Assembly (NCBI GenBank): GCA_010015585.1
Contig: ML975149.1
Reading direction: 5' to 3' (one strand)
Length of the DNA: 64,000 nucleotides
Source: Eremomyces bilateralis CBS 781.70
Taxonomy: Eukaryota
Shown here one piece after another: positions 1 to 11,694 of this stretch. Positions within the stretch are counted from its first letter, which is position 1. Each line of letters begins with the position of its first letter. The position numbers were made by a program, and so were the translations under genes. The notes beneath the pieces are model-generated. The model was not told where the DNA came from. It made no database searches and worked only from the letters and a program-made list of their open reading frames with translations.

Positions 1-966
1 AAGCGTATCCGCTCACTCTATCCATTGCTCGATGGATGGGAGAGCGTCCGGTTTGTGTACTAGCGGTGATTCGCGTAATGTGAGCAGCTGCTCTCGTGTG
101 TATTGGATAAGTGCCATCACAGGATTGGGCTCTCGCCCGATGGCGACGAAGAATCGGAGGTTTGGGTCAAGTATTCGGTGGCGGGAAAATGTGTAGGGAA
201 GGATATGGCGCGAATGAGGATGTTAATCCCCGAGAATGGGGAAATACACAGCCAGCACAGAGCAGTATGCAGACGAGAAAGGCTAGGCCCTCAAGGCTGA
301 AATCGGAAGAGCAGATGGTGATCGCAGATGCAGAGTGAAGGGGCGAGACGGGAAGACCCTTTGCTTCCACTGAGAGAAGGGTATGGTTGTGACTTTGGTG
401 AGCGCGCCTGGTGGAAAGAAAACTGGTAGATTTAAGTGGCTGCGGATGTCTGGTTTTGTAGCATGTGAGGTTCTGTGTCGAGAAATGAGTCTTGTTGTAG
501 CAATTTGACTGGAAGGTTATCGTCTGCTTTGAAGGTTGATGTCTCTCTCTGTCTCTGCCGCTCCGCACCACCAAGGCACGAGTGGGCTTGGCACTGTCCT
601 GATGCACGTGATTGATTTGTGGCGGAACATTAGTGGAACGGAGCGGAGCGGATATTGTGTTGTCTTGGCACGTCATAGCGGAGCCCTCACGTGACACTCT
701 GCTCCAGAGCTCCAGCATGCAAGTGAAACTCAAACTTTTGGGAATGGGTTGCTGTCCAACGACAAAATTATCAACCGCTGCGAAACACCACAAAACCTCC
801 CGGGCCGTTCATCGTACCTGTCATCGTAAGTGCGATGACCACACCATCTTGCGCGCGGAGGTGCCGCTCTAATATCCCTACCCTATTCTCCTCTCCTGTC
901 GTTTCACATGTCCGTCGCTATACCGCTGGCAAATCCTATCTCCATACTCCTGGGACATCGCCGCAT

Positions 967-1884
967 ATGAATGGCCTTGTCGGCCGCAGTGGACGGTATC
1001 GGGGCCGGTCGTTTAGCTCATCTCCTCGAGCGCGATCAATTGCTCCTGAATCGCCGAGATTCATCGATATCCCTCAACCTCCCCAGCGGGATGTAGTGAA
1101 AAGGCCCATAGTGAAGGGTGTCCTGCCCGTGCCCCGTCAGGTGTTTCGAAGCAACACTGGAAACAACATGATCGATCCTAAGACGCTATCACTCAGCACA
1201 ATGGAACCTTCGAATCCCGAGCAGGAGTTGGACACCGATACAACGACCCTATCCAGAAGATCGTACAAGGCAAGGGCAGCACAAACGAGAAGGCAAAATC
1301 TACGACAGGGTGTAATGGATCTATATACTCGGCAAGAGACGCAAAGAACGCGTTCGGAGCGAAAACAGGCTGCCATCTTCAAAGCACACAATGCAGCTCG
1401 AGTTGCCCCCGAGCGTGACGACGAGCGATTTACCCGGACCACGGTCCCCCAAGCCGTTTTGGACCTTCTAACGAAGCAGCCTACCTCCGGACGGAAATCG
1501 GATCCCGAAGCCATGGAACGGAGTCGAATGAATTATCAGCGTGACCTCCAGAAGAAATCCGAGCGTCGGCGGGAAGCCCTTCAGTCTCTCTACGTCCATG
1601 CCAGGAATTTCATCGTCAACGAAGCCCAGCTTGACGAAGCCATTGAGAAGACGTTCGGCACCGAAGAGAAACCTATCCGATGGTCTACAGGATCCTGGTC
1701 CAAGTTCGAGACTACAAGCATCTGGGCGATGGGCACGCCAGACACGACGAATGATATGCTTGCGAGGTTGAACCGAGAGGGAGACAGCAAAACCACACAG
1801 AGGATCAGGGACAGGCCAATGGGTACCTCATCGGAACGATTGAAGAAGATTGCCGAGGTTTTGACCGGAGGAAAGTCGACCTAA
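967..1884 (+). CDS. Probable mitochondrial small ribosomal subunit protein (mS26/PET123-like)
   Basis: Intronless ORF 835-1884, likely start ATG 967. Arg/Ser-rich presequence-like N-terminus (RSFSSSPRAR), then PESPRFIDIP..PPQ, KGVLPVPR, RRQNLRQG and LY.HARNFIV.EAQLD blocks recalled from this fungal family. Confidence 0.6.
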   Translation: MNGLVGRSGRYRGRSFSSSPRARSIAPESPRFIDIPQPPQRDVVKRPIVKGVLPVPRQVFRSNTGNNMIDPKTLSLSTMEPSNPEQELDTDTTTLSRRSYKARAAQTRRQNLRQGVMDLYTRQETQRTRSERKQAAIFKAHNAARVAPERDDERFTRTTVPQAVLDLLTKQPTSGRKSDPEAMERSRMNYQRDLQKKSERRREALQSLYVHARNFIVNEAQLDEAIEKTFGTEEKPIRWSTGSWSKFETTSIWAMGTPDTTNDMLARLNREGDSKTTQRIRDRPMGTSSERLKKIAEVLTGGKST

Positions 1885-3105
1885 GGACCAGGATATATGG
1901 AGTCAACTTGTGCACGGAGCGTAGTGTATGTTTGCGCTATTTGCTTCTAAATCAAAGCATTGGAGCGGATCGGGCGTTTGGATCGATTTGTACGGTGCCA
2001 GTTTGGACTTTGAGGCTCAAGGGCACCTTGGACAGATCCCTGAGAAGCATCACGGTGTATGATTGTTGTGGACCACGACGCGCAAGCCTTTGATGCTGAG
2101 CCTCGCTGTAACTTGTACTATACTGTGGAAATATGCACGTCCCAAGTCTACACATTTCCCTTGCTCTATTTGCGTTTCCATTTATTCCAGGTCACCCAGT
2201 CTCCATAGCCACAACTTTTGAGGCTGATCATGAAGTCACCTTATCCATATATGTTTCACTGACCAGAGAAGGGTGGACCGATGATGAACCGATAACGATG
2301 ACATTCATTGCAGTGGACAACGATGCGAACTGCCCGACCATTGTTCCTGAAACACTCTGTCTCGCCACCGCGCAGCGTTCAATTAAGGCAGGCACACACT
2401 GCTCCGCCCTATCCGAACCTTGGGAGTCAGTTTTCCATCGTTTCTCAAAACTGCGGAGTAGGTTTTCAGCAAGAGCGTTGTTGGGTTCCTCTTCAGTCTT
2501 CTTCGATAAACGTCTGGCTATTTTTATATTTTGAGCCGATTTCATGAAGGGTCCAGCAATGCATTGTGCGAATGCCCCCGGAGTTCTGCGGTAGTTTTGT
2601 CATACGCTGTATACCTGCTTTAGCGAGAGATATTCAAAGTTCCGACTTCCGAGAGACCTGTCAGACGTGGTTGCGCGACGATCCTTACTTTTCCAAAGCC
2701 CATGGGTTTTTATCGCGTACCATACGATCTTGTTCGATGGATTCAAAATGCAGGTATCGGCTGCAGAGATTTGGTCGAACAGCATCATAATGTGCAATGC
2801 GGTCATTTTGTGGGGTATTTACTCCGCCAAAACGTGTGTTGCTTTGACGATCGTGATCTGGTACCGGGAGTCCCACCAGAACCATGGAATGGTGCCTGTA
2901 TCATCATGGAAACAAAGGTCTCCATTGATCGATCATTGTGATGCAAGACACACGTTAGCGACGGATAACTACTCCGTACCTTTTAGAGATTAAGAGGGTC
3001 TCCTATTCTACTTAAGCAGGTCAATTTCCCATCTCTTTTTCGTTTCAATCCACGCGATACTATCGACTTTGATATTCGATAGTTTGCCTACTCCCCTATT
3101 CCATC

Positions 3106-4678
3106 ATGCAGTATCTCTTGGCCGCATCTTCTATCCTCGGCGGTGTATCCGCCTTGGTCGCCCGTGACGCCCCCTGGTATGCTCCACTCAAGGCGTCTCA
3201 TATCATTCATATACTTACCAGAACGCAGTTGCTTCCACCTGTCCGCGGATGGAGGCCCCGGAGGTCCGGTTGGCCAGCTTGATGATGGTCAGAACCGCAT
3301 TGGACAAGGTCTTCCAGAGGCGAATTATTGTCTCGACAACAACGGAGGTAAGCATACGGTCTCGGAAGCAGCCGGAAGAAACCTAAGATCATGCTAACAC
3401 TCTACAGGTTTGACGGACCAGGACGGCAGAGGATGCATCCTAACTCCTCCAACCACCCAATGGCAATGTGATGAAGGAGCCACTCCGGATGGAGGGTTCA
3501 GCGTAGGCAATGATGGTGGGCTGAAACATGATGGCAGCACCACCTTCATCGCTTGCCCGACTGGAGACAATGGCGGATGGAATATCTACACAGAGCGCAT
3601 CGATGGCGAACCACTGTGCACGGAGATCACCCTCACTGCGGATAGTTGCGGCTCTGGGGCTCCCCCGACTGAGGGCAAGCCCAGTGAACCGGCTGGCACT
3701 CAACCTGCACAAACGCAGCCCGCTGGAACTGAACCAACTGGCGATCACCCTTCACCGAGCCAGCCCGCTGGAACTGAACCAGCTGGCGATCACCCTTCAC
3801 CGAGCCAGCCCGCTGGAACTGAACCAGTTGGCGATCACCCTTCACCGAGCCACCCTGCTGAAAGCCAGCCCACTGGAGGTCATCCTACGCTGAGCCCGCC
3901 GTATTTGAATCAAACAACTACTGGCAGCCCTGGTGGTGATGGTGCTGGCGGGAGTCAGCCAACCGGCGGTAACCCCTCTACGACCAGCAACCCAGCGAAG
4001 ACGCAGCCAGCGGGAAGTAAGCCAGCGGAGACCCAACCGGTTGCGACCAATCCTGCCGAGACTCCATCAACCCCGCCTTCCGAGTCCTGCCCCGTGGACG
4101 AGGATCTGAGCGGCCCGTATGAGGTAAGCGCCTTCAATTCAATACCCCCAAGTCTTGAGACTAATTCATCGCGCAGGCTCCTCATCTGATCATTCCCGTC
4201 GACAGCTCCAAGCCGGACGAGGTGCCCGGAACCTCCTACTTCGGCCAGGTCACTCCTACCGTGAGCTCGATCTTCAACTTCGACATCCCTGAAAGCTACG
4301 CCGGCAGCAAGTGCTCGATCATTTTCCTCTTCCCGGAACGGTCCCGACTTGAAACGTCCAACTACACGATCTCAGGCACTGGAGAAGTCCAATTCGGGCT
4401 ACTCGACAGCCCGGCTTCTGAGCAGACATCGTTCAATACTTCGCCGAAGATCAAGACCGACCTTGGCAAGGAGATGCTCGCCCCAGGAAATAGCTACCAG
4501 ATCGAGACGCTAGAATGCCCCGCCGGAGAAACCATTGCGATCAGTATGGTGAGCTCTAAGGGGACGGATTTCGAGTGGTTTGAAGACTACAACCCTGCAC
4601 CGTAAGTTCCGTATTCTATGTTTATTGTCGCATGTTGCTAACAGAAGCAGGATCGGGTTGTGGGTCACCAAGTGCTAA
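3106..4678 (+). CDS. Secreted cell-wall protein with Pro/Ser/Thr repeats and C-terminal But2-like domain (5 exons)
   Basis: ATG 3106 with signal peptide MQYLLAASSILGGVSA. Spliced CCFHL..GPVGQLDDGQNRIG and GRGCILTPPTTQWQCD; C-terminal HLIIPVDSS..VSSIFNFDIP..FEDYNPAPIGLWVTKC*, TAA 4676-4678. Confidence 0.8.
3716..3895 (+). repeat. Coding 45-bp tandem repeat (QPAGTEPxGDHPSPS), 3 near-perfect copies plus 1 degenerate
   Basis: Unit cagcccgctggaactgaaccaactggcgatcacccttcaccgagc at 3716, 3761 and 3806; diverged copy from 3851. Confidence 0.95.
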
Positions 4679-6291
4679 ATACGTGTACAATGATATGGTA
4701 GGGATCAGCGTAGACGCCGTCGCTAGCTTTTCGCACTAAAGCGGAATTCCTGCTTATTCTTAGGCGTTTGCACCCTCTGGTGGTTTTCCTAAGATGTATG
4801 ATAGATACTCCGCTGAGTTCCATCAGAGCTCGAGCGATGTTGTAACAACAGTAATGGAACGAATGTATTCGAGTAATCAACCGTTTCTGGTCCAGTGCTG
4901 TAGGAGTCAAACCTCTCGCTGCTGGACAAACATTGCGTATGTTTCTAACGGTTCTTGTTTCTATATACCTTCTGGCGTATTGGTCCTCTTCAGATCCACC
5001 GTCTTTTTTGGGCAAGCCAAACTGCCATCCCAAAGCCTTCCTATAAAGCACATTCATAACATATAACTGTATTAAAATTCAACTGTTTAGGGTTGCTACG
5101 CAGAGTTTTGGCTTTGCGAACTGATTGTTATTTGCGATGCCAGAAGTAATGATCAGTTTCAGAGAATTCTTTCAGTCTACCCAGTTACAATCTCCACGTC
5201 CAGCGACATAGTGTACGACAGGTACTCAAGCCTCACAGTGAGGACAGTGCTGAGACTAACGTTGCCCTTCTGTATAATAGGGAGCGTGAGTAGGATGCCG
5301 CGACTCGTCAGAGTAGGTGGGGAGGGATCCAGAGACCAAAACCTCGCAGCAGCAGGTTCAAGAGCTCCTAATTCGAATTGAAATTCCCGGGGCGGTCGTG
5401 CTAACGCGCCCCTAATAAATGGGCACTCGAGGCCTTGCGGTTCAGTTTTCCAACAGAAGATACTAATGTCGTCGGACTGTTTCAATGTCTCACATCTTGT
5501 AGTCGTCTGAAAGCGTTGTCATCCTCTCCGTAGAGAAGCGGCATATTAACATCAAATATTCCCATGAGAAAGTAAGCAAGTTCTGTCCAGGTGGTAACCA
5601 TAGGAAGCCCATTGTATTCTTTGGCTGGATATCATCAAGGGTCCGTATAGTCCGCCGTCCAACATCTGAGGTCCGCTTTCTCCCTGTTCATGTTTTGGTA
5701 ACATCACCAAAGCCTCGTCAATCGTCACCTCGACCTCGAAGGGTAGACCCGATGACACGAGCAGAGTTCGGGACGCTCCGGCAGCTTCCGCAATCACAAC
5801 AGCCCCCCGATTACACTTCTGGTACGGTCGCGGACGGAGGACAGCGGAAGCGAGCGACCCAAGATCTCACCTGATCCTCAACCCCGGGTTTCATCCGTCA
5901 TTTATTCATCATTTTTGAAGCTATCAACAAGCGAGACCCGCAGTCTCAATCTGCGCCGCTTGGGTTGGATGTCGAAATGATGCGGACCACATCGTGGAGT
6001 TGAAAGTGAGACCAGGACGGTATCGGCTGGAGGAGAAGGCAGGACTGCCTGCCTCGAGAAAGCTGCGATCAGACGGAAAATCCCCATCCGTTGCGGCACC
6101 GTGAGTCGCTCTTGACGGACTGGAGAAAGGAACAGGTTCAGCGTTACTTCTCTAGGTATCGGAAGGTTGTGTATCGTTACATCATAGAGAGCCTCACTAC
6201 AGACTTTTCTCTAGACACGTCCAGTCCGAAGCACACTTCTCCCTCCAAGTCTTCATGTTCATAATCTAAGTCCAGGCACATATATTCAACA

Positions 6292-7123
6292 ATGGCGTTA
6301 TATTTCCTGATGGTCAATGTTCTTGCCACTCTTCTTCTCTATTACCCAACTTTGATTCAGGCTGCCACCTTTCAAACTTCCCCCTGGTTGAACACCAGAC
6401 AGTCGGGAGAGGCAACCCCACAGCCACAGTCCCTAACCGCTCCATCGAACATATCTTTCGCATACCTGATCACCAAGACATCCGCCAATGAAAACAATAC
6501 CGAGTTTTCCGACCACACCATCTGGGCCTATCATAACGGAGCGGGCATACACGCTGCGGTTGCAACTACGCTCGGTGACCGGACCAATGCAATGGCCTGG
6601 TTCAATGAGTCCGGACGTCATGCGCAGTTCGACTTTGGCGCTCCACTAAACGCCACGCACAACTTTCCCTTCGGAATGTACCTTAAGCAACAAGATATCT
6701 ATGGCGAGTGGGGCACCGTCCAGATTGACCCGGGCTTGGGGAGCGATTGGGCCAACTTCACCTATGACGAGGCCACGATAGGCTTGAGCGTTGAAGATGA
6801 ATATTTCGGCGGTTGGTTGAGTAAGTGATATATACGGCCTTGATGTTTAAGCCCCTACTTGTGTCGTGGTCGTGCGGATATGTTCGAGGCTACCTCTACA
6901 GGTGTTCGTATTGCCAGTAGTTAGCCGCTAACATCCAAATACAGTATGTCATTGGTACCTCGGGGTTCCACAGCTCTTCTGGATTCGGGGCGATCTGAAT
7001 GCGACGCCCCCTACTACTTGCGGCCGAGTTAATCTCTTCTACCGGTGTCACGATGGACAGAGCAACACTGAAGTCGCGACTGAAGGATGCTATCTCCACC
7101 CTCCGCGTCCCGTCGCCGATTGA
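6292..7123 (+). CDS. Small secreted fungal protein of unknown function (YHxGAG / GWLxCxW..GVPQLFW family), 2 exons
   Basis: Hydrophobic signal peptide. Intron 6821-6944 (GTAAGT..GCTAAC..ACAG) joins FGGWL to ICHWYLGVPQLFW..CGRVNL; TGA 7121-7123. Confidence 0.75.
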
Positions 7124-7635
7124 TCGGAGGAAGATCTCCTCTGCAAGCTGCTGTTATGGTGGAGATCACGTCTCCAGCATTGGCACTGAAACATTCATCA
7201 TGGTACAAATCGTGGGCATTGCTGTGGGGTTTAGGTCGTATGGATTAGCATATAACTTCGCCAACAATATCAATTGCTCATTATCAACCCGTTTCTCGCA
7301 CCTACCTTCGTCCCGTGGATTATTTGCGATCGCCACCAGACACCTTGCAACATCGTTGATCGGCAGACACCTTGGTATCGGGTGTATAGCCTGCGTGACT
7401 TGTTCTCGCAACCACTGGCCTAAACCTGGTCAAGAGAAGGCCTGCGTAAGTTTACAACTGGCCAATGACATAATTGTTGAAGACTGAAACCCTTGGTTAG
7501 CGACATCAATCAGTAGTGACGGATGCTAGTATTTCAGTTGCTTGGGACTTGAATCAAACAGTGACGTTAGGACGATAAGCAAGACACTAAACAAACATGG
7601 AAGACGCACGGAGACAAGCATGAATCGATCGAACT

Positions 7636-8412
7636 TCAGCCATTCTCATTCTTGAGCAGTTCCGTGACTGTGACTATTCGATACCCTTGCTTCCGGATTT
7701 CAGGGATAACCTGCCTGAGCATCGGCGCGGTCCAACTCCTCCGGTCATGGCAGATAATAATTCCCCCCGGCCGCAGCATGCTCAGAATATGATTCGCATT
7801 CACACGCCAGATATTGACCTGCGGATCGTGGGGATAAATACTGCCCAAGACCAGCCGATATCCCAACGCTTTCACGATTCTCCGCATCCGCGTGTGGAAG
7901 AACCCAGATCCTGGCCGGAAATACTTGGGGGCGGGCTCCTTCTCCACCGCAGTATACGCGTCGCGTAGCATGTCTTCGACGGTATGAATCTGCTCTGCGA
8001 GCGTTCCATCGCTCAAATCTCGCGATGGCTCGTCTCTCATGGCATGGTTTCCCAGCTCGTTTCCCCCTCTAATCAAGTCTTGCAGGATCGGCTCCCGCCC
8101 CGCGACCTGTGATCCGATGACAAAGAACGTCGCCGTCGCGTCGTTTTCCTTGAGAATCTGCATGATCTCATTTGTATACTGCGAGGGGCCGTCATCGATC
8201 GTCAGGGCCACGACTTTCGACGCTGTGTCGACGCGCCAAAGGACATCGGGCCAGCGGCATTGGAAGTGGCGGATGAGGAATGATGGTGGCTTGTAGATCC
8301 AGTAGAGCGGAGTTAGGAAGATTAGAATTACGGCCGCAAGCGCAAGCATTGTTCGAAGGCGAGCACGTCGTGCTCTCGATGGGAGACGGAAGAGGCGAAA
8401 GGAGCGTAGCAT
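7636..8412 (-). CDS. Polysaccharide/chitin deacetylase, CE4 (NodB homology), N-terminal membrane anchor
   Basis: Motifs ALTIDDGP, ATFFVIG, ELGNH, YFRPGSG, GGIIICHD, GYRIVTVTELL. Likely start ATG 8412; intronless. Confidence 0.9.
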   Translation of the reverse strand: MLRSFRLFRLPSRARRARLRTMLALAAVILIFLTPLYWIYKPPSFLIRHFQCRWPDVLWRVDTASKVVALTIDDGPSQYTNEIMQILKENDATATFFVIGSQVAGREPILQDLIRGGNELGNHAMRDEPSRDLSDGTLAEQIHTVEDMLRDAYTAVEKEPAPKYFRPGSGFFHTRMRRIVKALGYRLVLGSIYPHDPQVNIWRVNANHILSMLRPGGIIICHDRRSWTAPMLRQVIPEIRKQGYRIVTVTELLKNENG

Positions 8413-9650
8413 GTCAGCGGTTGTATAGAGGTCATGATTGATATTGCCTTGAGGTTGATTCTCCTTATTTTGCAAACATGACGAAGAGTAAAGATTGCTG
8501 GTGCATGATACACACATCGTCTACCAAGTTCATTCATCCCTGAGGCCTGAGGTCCAATTTCCGCATCACGTTCGTGAGGATCGGCATTCGGCTCATATTC
8601 GGCTCGGTGATGTTTCGGCTCCAGCTGACGATAGAAACCAAATCCGCAACTCAAATTGCACTACCAATTATAGTACTCTTCGGCATCGCAGTTTTCGGTT
8701 TTCACATCACTCCTCCAAGTATCTGTGTCCCAATTGGGAATTTTTTATTTTTGGATGTGTGCACTATCCAGGTTACAACAGACGCAGCGCCATTATTATT
8801 CTCGAGTGAGAATTGCCACCCGCTGGAAAAGAAATACACGAGCTCAGAAGATTTCCAATGTGGCAATGTCGACAGCCCTGCCCCTGCATCGCGCTCGCCT
8901 CCACTCTTGCGGGAGCTAATCTGTCGAGCTTTGATGATCCCTCATCTATCAAATTCTCCTTTGGATCGACATTCGACAAGTCACGATACCGTATTAATAG
9001 ACCAAACAAATCAGGAAACCTTCCTTGTCTCCAGAGTCGCTTCAACGACTTGGTCGCCTGGATGTCCAGGCATGCCCAGTCCCTGGTCCAGCTTCCTGGC
9101 CCCGAAGCTGGGAGTCCTGCGACTTGTGAGGTCAGCTAGTTCGAGTGGATGGTCCGCTAGTTGGCCCAACCATACGATTCTGCAAAACCACCATTACTGT
9201 TACACCACAACTCGTACAACTCACGATGGTGGCAGATGGCGTGCTTGTCCCCTATCCAAAATCTCAGCAAGAGCATACTACATCAGCCTGGTATCCTTCC
9301 ATCAGCACGGTAGGCGCAAATCCTGGTTCTTGGTTCACATGAAACTGGATCAAATGAGGCTCCTTGGCATTGATTGCGTTATTCTAAGTGGGATCGCCTC
9401 TTCAAGAAGTATCGTAACATCCTTCGCTTACACATTTACCTTCCAAAAACGTTCAAATGCCACAAGGTTGGTATCATTCATTGGTCATAAATTATAAATT
9501 AAGCATTGTTAAGCCTTGGTGTGGTCTGAGGTTGCATGCTTCACTCTGGCCGCCTGCGTATTAAATGCTCCCATCCCCAGAAACGCAGATCTCTTTTCGT
9601 CAATTCATCCAGAACTAGAACTCAGAAAAACATTCAATAGAACCACGACG

Positions 9651-11415
9651 ATGGTGACCAAAGTCCCGGATGGTAAGCCCTTGGTGGAGGTAGCACCTCC
9701 ACCCTATGATAGGAGTGACGAGACTGGAGGCGCAATTGTGGAGGATGAGCAAAAGTTTCAGTTCCAAGAGAATAGGAAACTTGGAGTCACCAGTGCCGTG
9801 TTCCTGATCTTAAATAAGATGATCGGAACGGGAAGTGAGTACATATGGACTATATTGAGAGAAGTTCTAGAACTCTACTAACATTTTGACCTAGTCTTCT
9901 CAACCCCATCGTCTATCTTCGCTGCTACCGGCTCCGTAGGCATCTGTATCTTCCTTTGGATTATCGGCGGCCTCATCACCTTCTGCGGTCTGTCAGTGTA
10001 TCTCGAATTCGGGTTGCAGATCCCCCTCTCCGGAGGAGAGAAGAACTATTTGGAACGTGTTTATCGGCGCCCGAAGTTTCTCACGACATGCATATTTCTG
10101 TCGCAAATGATCCTGCTCGGATTTTCTTCCGGAAACTCTCTAGCTTTCGGTCGGTACGTCCTCTATGCCTCCGGCAGCGACGCTCCGGACGGCTGGGCCG
10201 CAAGAGGAATCGCTATCGGGTGCATCACCTTTGCGGTAGTGTTGCACTCTACCCTCCCCAAATGGGGGATGCGACTGTTCGATGTCCTTGGCGTTTTCAA
10301 GGTCGTCATCCTAATCTTCATCGTCTTCTCCGGGTTTGCGGCCTTGGCTGGCCATCGCCGCGTTCCTAACCCGCACAATTTCGACAACGCGTTCCATCAA
10401 GAGACGGGTCCGGAGTACAGCGACCACGGAGCCTACGCATACGCCAATGCGTTGCTGAACATTGTTTACTCATATAAGGGCTGGGAGAATGCCAATTATG
10501 TCTTGGGCGAGCTCCGACACCCGAGGAAAACTCTCAAAATTGCCGCTCCACTTGCAGTCGGCGGCGTCACTATTCTCTACGTCCTTGCCAACGTTGCATA
10601 CTTTGCGGCAATCCCTAAGACTGATCTTGCGACTTCGGAAGTCATTGTTGCCGGCCTGTTCTTCAAAAACGTCTTTGGAGACAGCGCAGGCGCCAGAAGT
10701 CTGCCGGCATTTGTGGCGCTGAGCAATATTGGAAATGTCTTGGCTGTCAGTTTTGCTCACTCTCGAGTCAATCAAGAATTTGCCAAAGAGGGATTGCTGC
10801 CATTGAGCAAATTATGGGCGTCGAACAAGCCGTTCAATGCACCTGCTGCTTCGGTAATCCTCCCCCTCGAGACGAAATTGTCAGGACTACTGATATACTG
10901 ACTTTCTGGAACAGCTCTTCCTTCACTGGATCGTGACGGTTATCGTCCTAGTTGCACCGCCAGCTGGTCCTGCTTACAACTTCATTGTCAACCTGTGCGC
11001 AAATACCCCTCTCCTATCGACTATTCATGGACTAATTTCCTTTAGGTACACGTACCCTGGCGCCTGGATCAACACGTTTGTGGCTGGTGGCCTCATCTAC
11101 CTCCATTATTCCAAGACGGAGAATTGGACATCTCCCTTCCACTCCTATCTCCCATTCATCCTAATCTTCCTTCTATCCAATGCGTTCCTGGCCATTGTCC
11201 CTTTCATTCCACCGAAGGGGGTTTCCGACCCCGATGGATATCCGTTCTTCGCCTTCCCGGTCGTTGGCGTAGGCGTCCTTCTCCTCGGAGTGGTATACTG
11301 GCTGCTGTGGGTGAAACTCATCCCGAGATGGCGAGGATACAAGATCGTCGGAGAGCGGATAGTGCTGGACGATGGGGGAGAGATGGTCCGGTACAAGCGG
11401 GAGTTCATCAAGTGA
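9651..11415 (+). CDS. High-affinity methionine permease-like APC amino-acid transporter (MUP1 family), 4 exons
   Basis: LILNKMIGTG|FSTPSSI, YLEFG..IP.SGGEKNYLE, YSYKGWENANYV; many hydrophobic helices; canonical introns. Confidence 0.9.
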
Positions 11416-11694
11416 AGAGAGATATATGTACTGTTATAATACCCTGGATTTCTGATGGATGCAATTTACCGATCACCGTTTAAGGGTTCAAGTAATGTAT
11501 TGACAAACCGAAATGTTATCCATTTGCTAATGACACCGATATCCTTCCATCCATTGTCGTACCGAGTCTTGCATCTATCCATCGAACGAAGCGGCTGGTT
11601 TGAAACGCTATTGAGACGCAATCCGAAAGCTCATTCATCGTTATAGTTACCCACATTCCGATCAGTTCTCCTGCGATGTTACCAGGTATGGTAT

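Noticed and set aside
1..830. ORFs at the left edge
   Set aside because: No motifs; looks like promoter or UTR sequence, possibly of a gene outside the window.
3716..3895. CRISPR-like array
   Set aside because: No spacers; it is an in-frame coding repeat in a eukaryotic gene.
6896..7411. In-frame minus-strand ORF pair suggesting a relic gene
   Set aside because: Overlaps exon 2 of the secreted protein, has stops and no recognisable motif.
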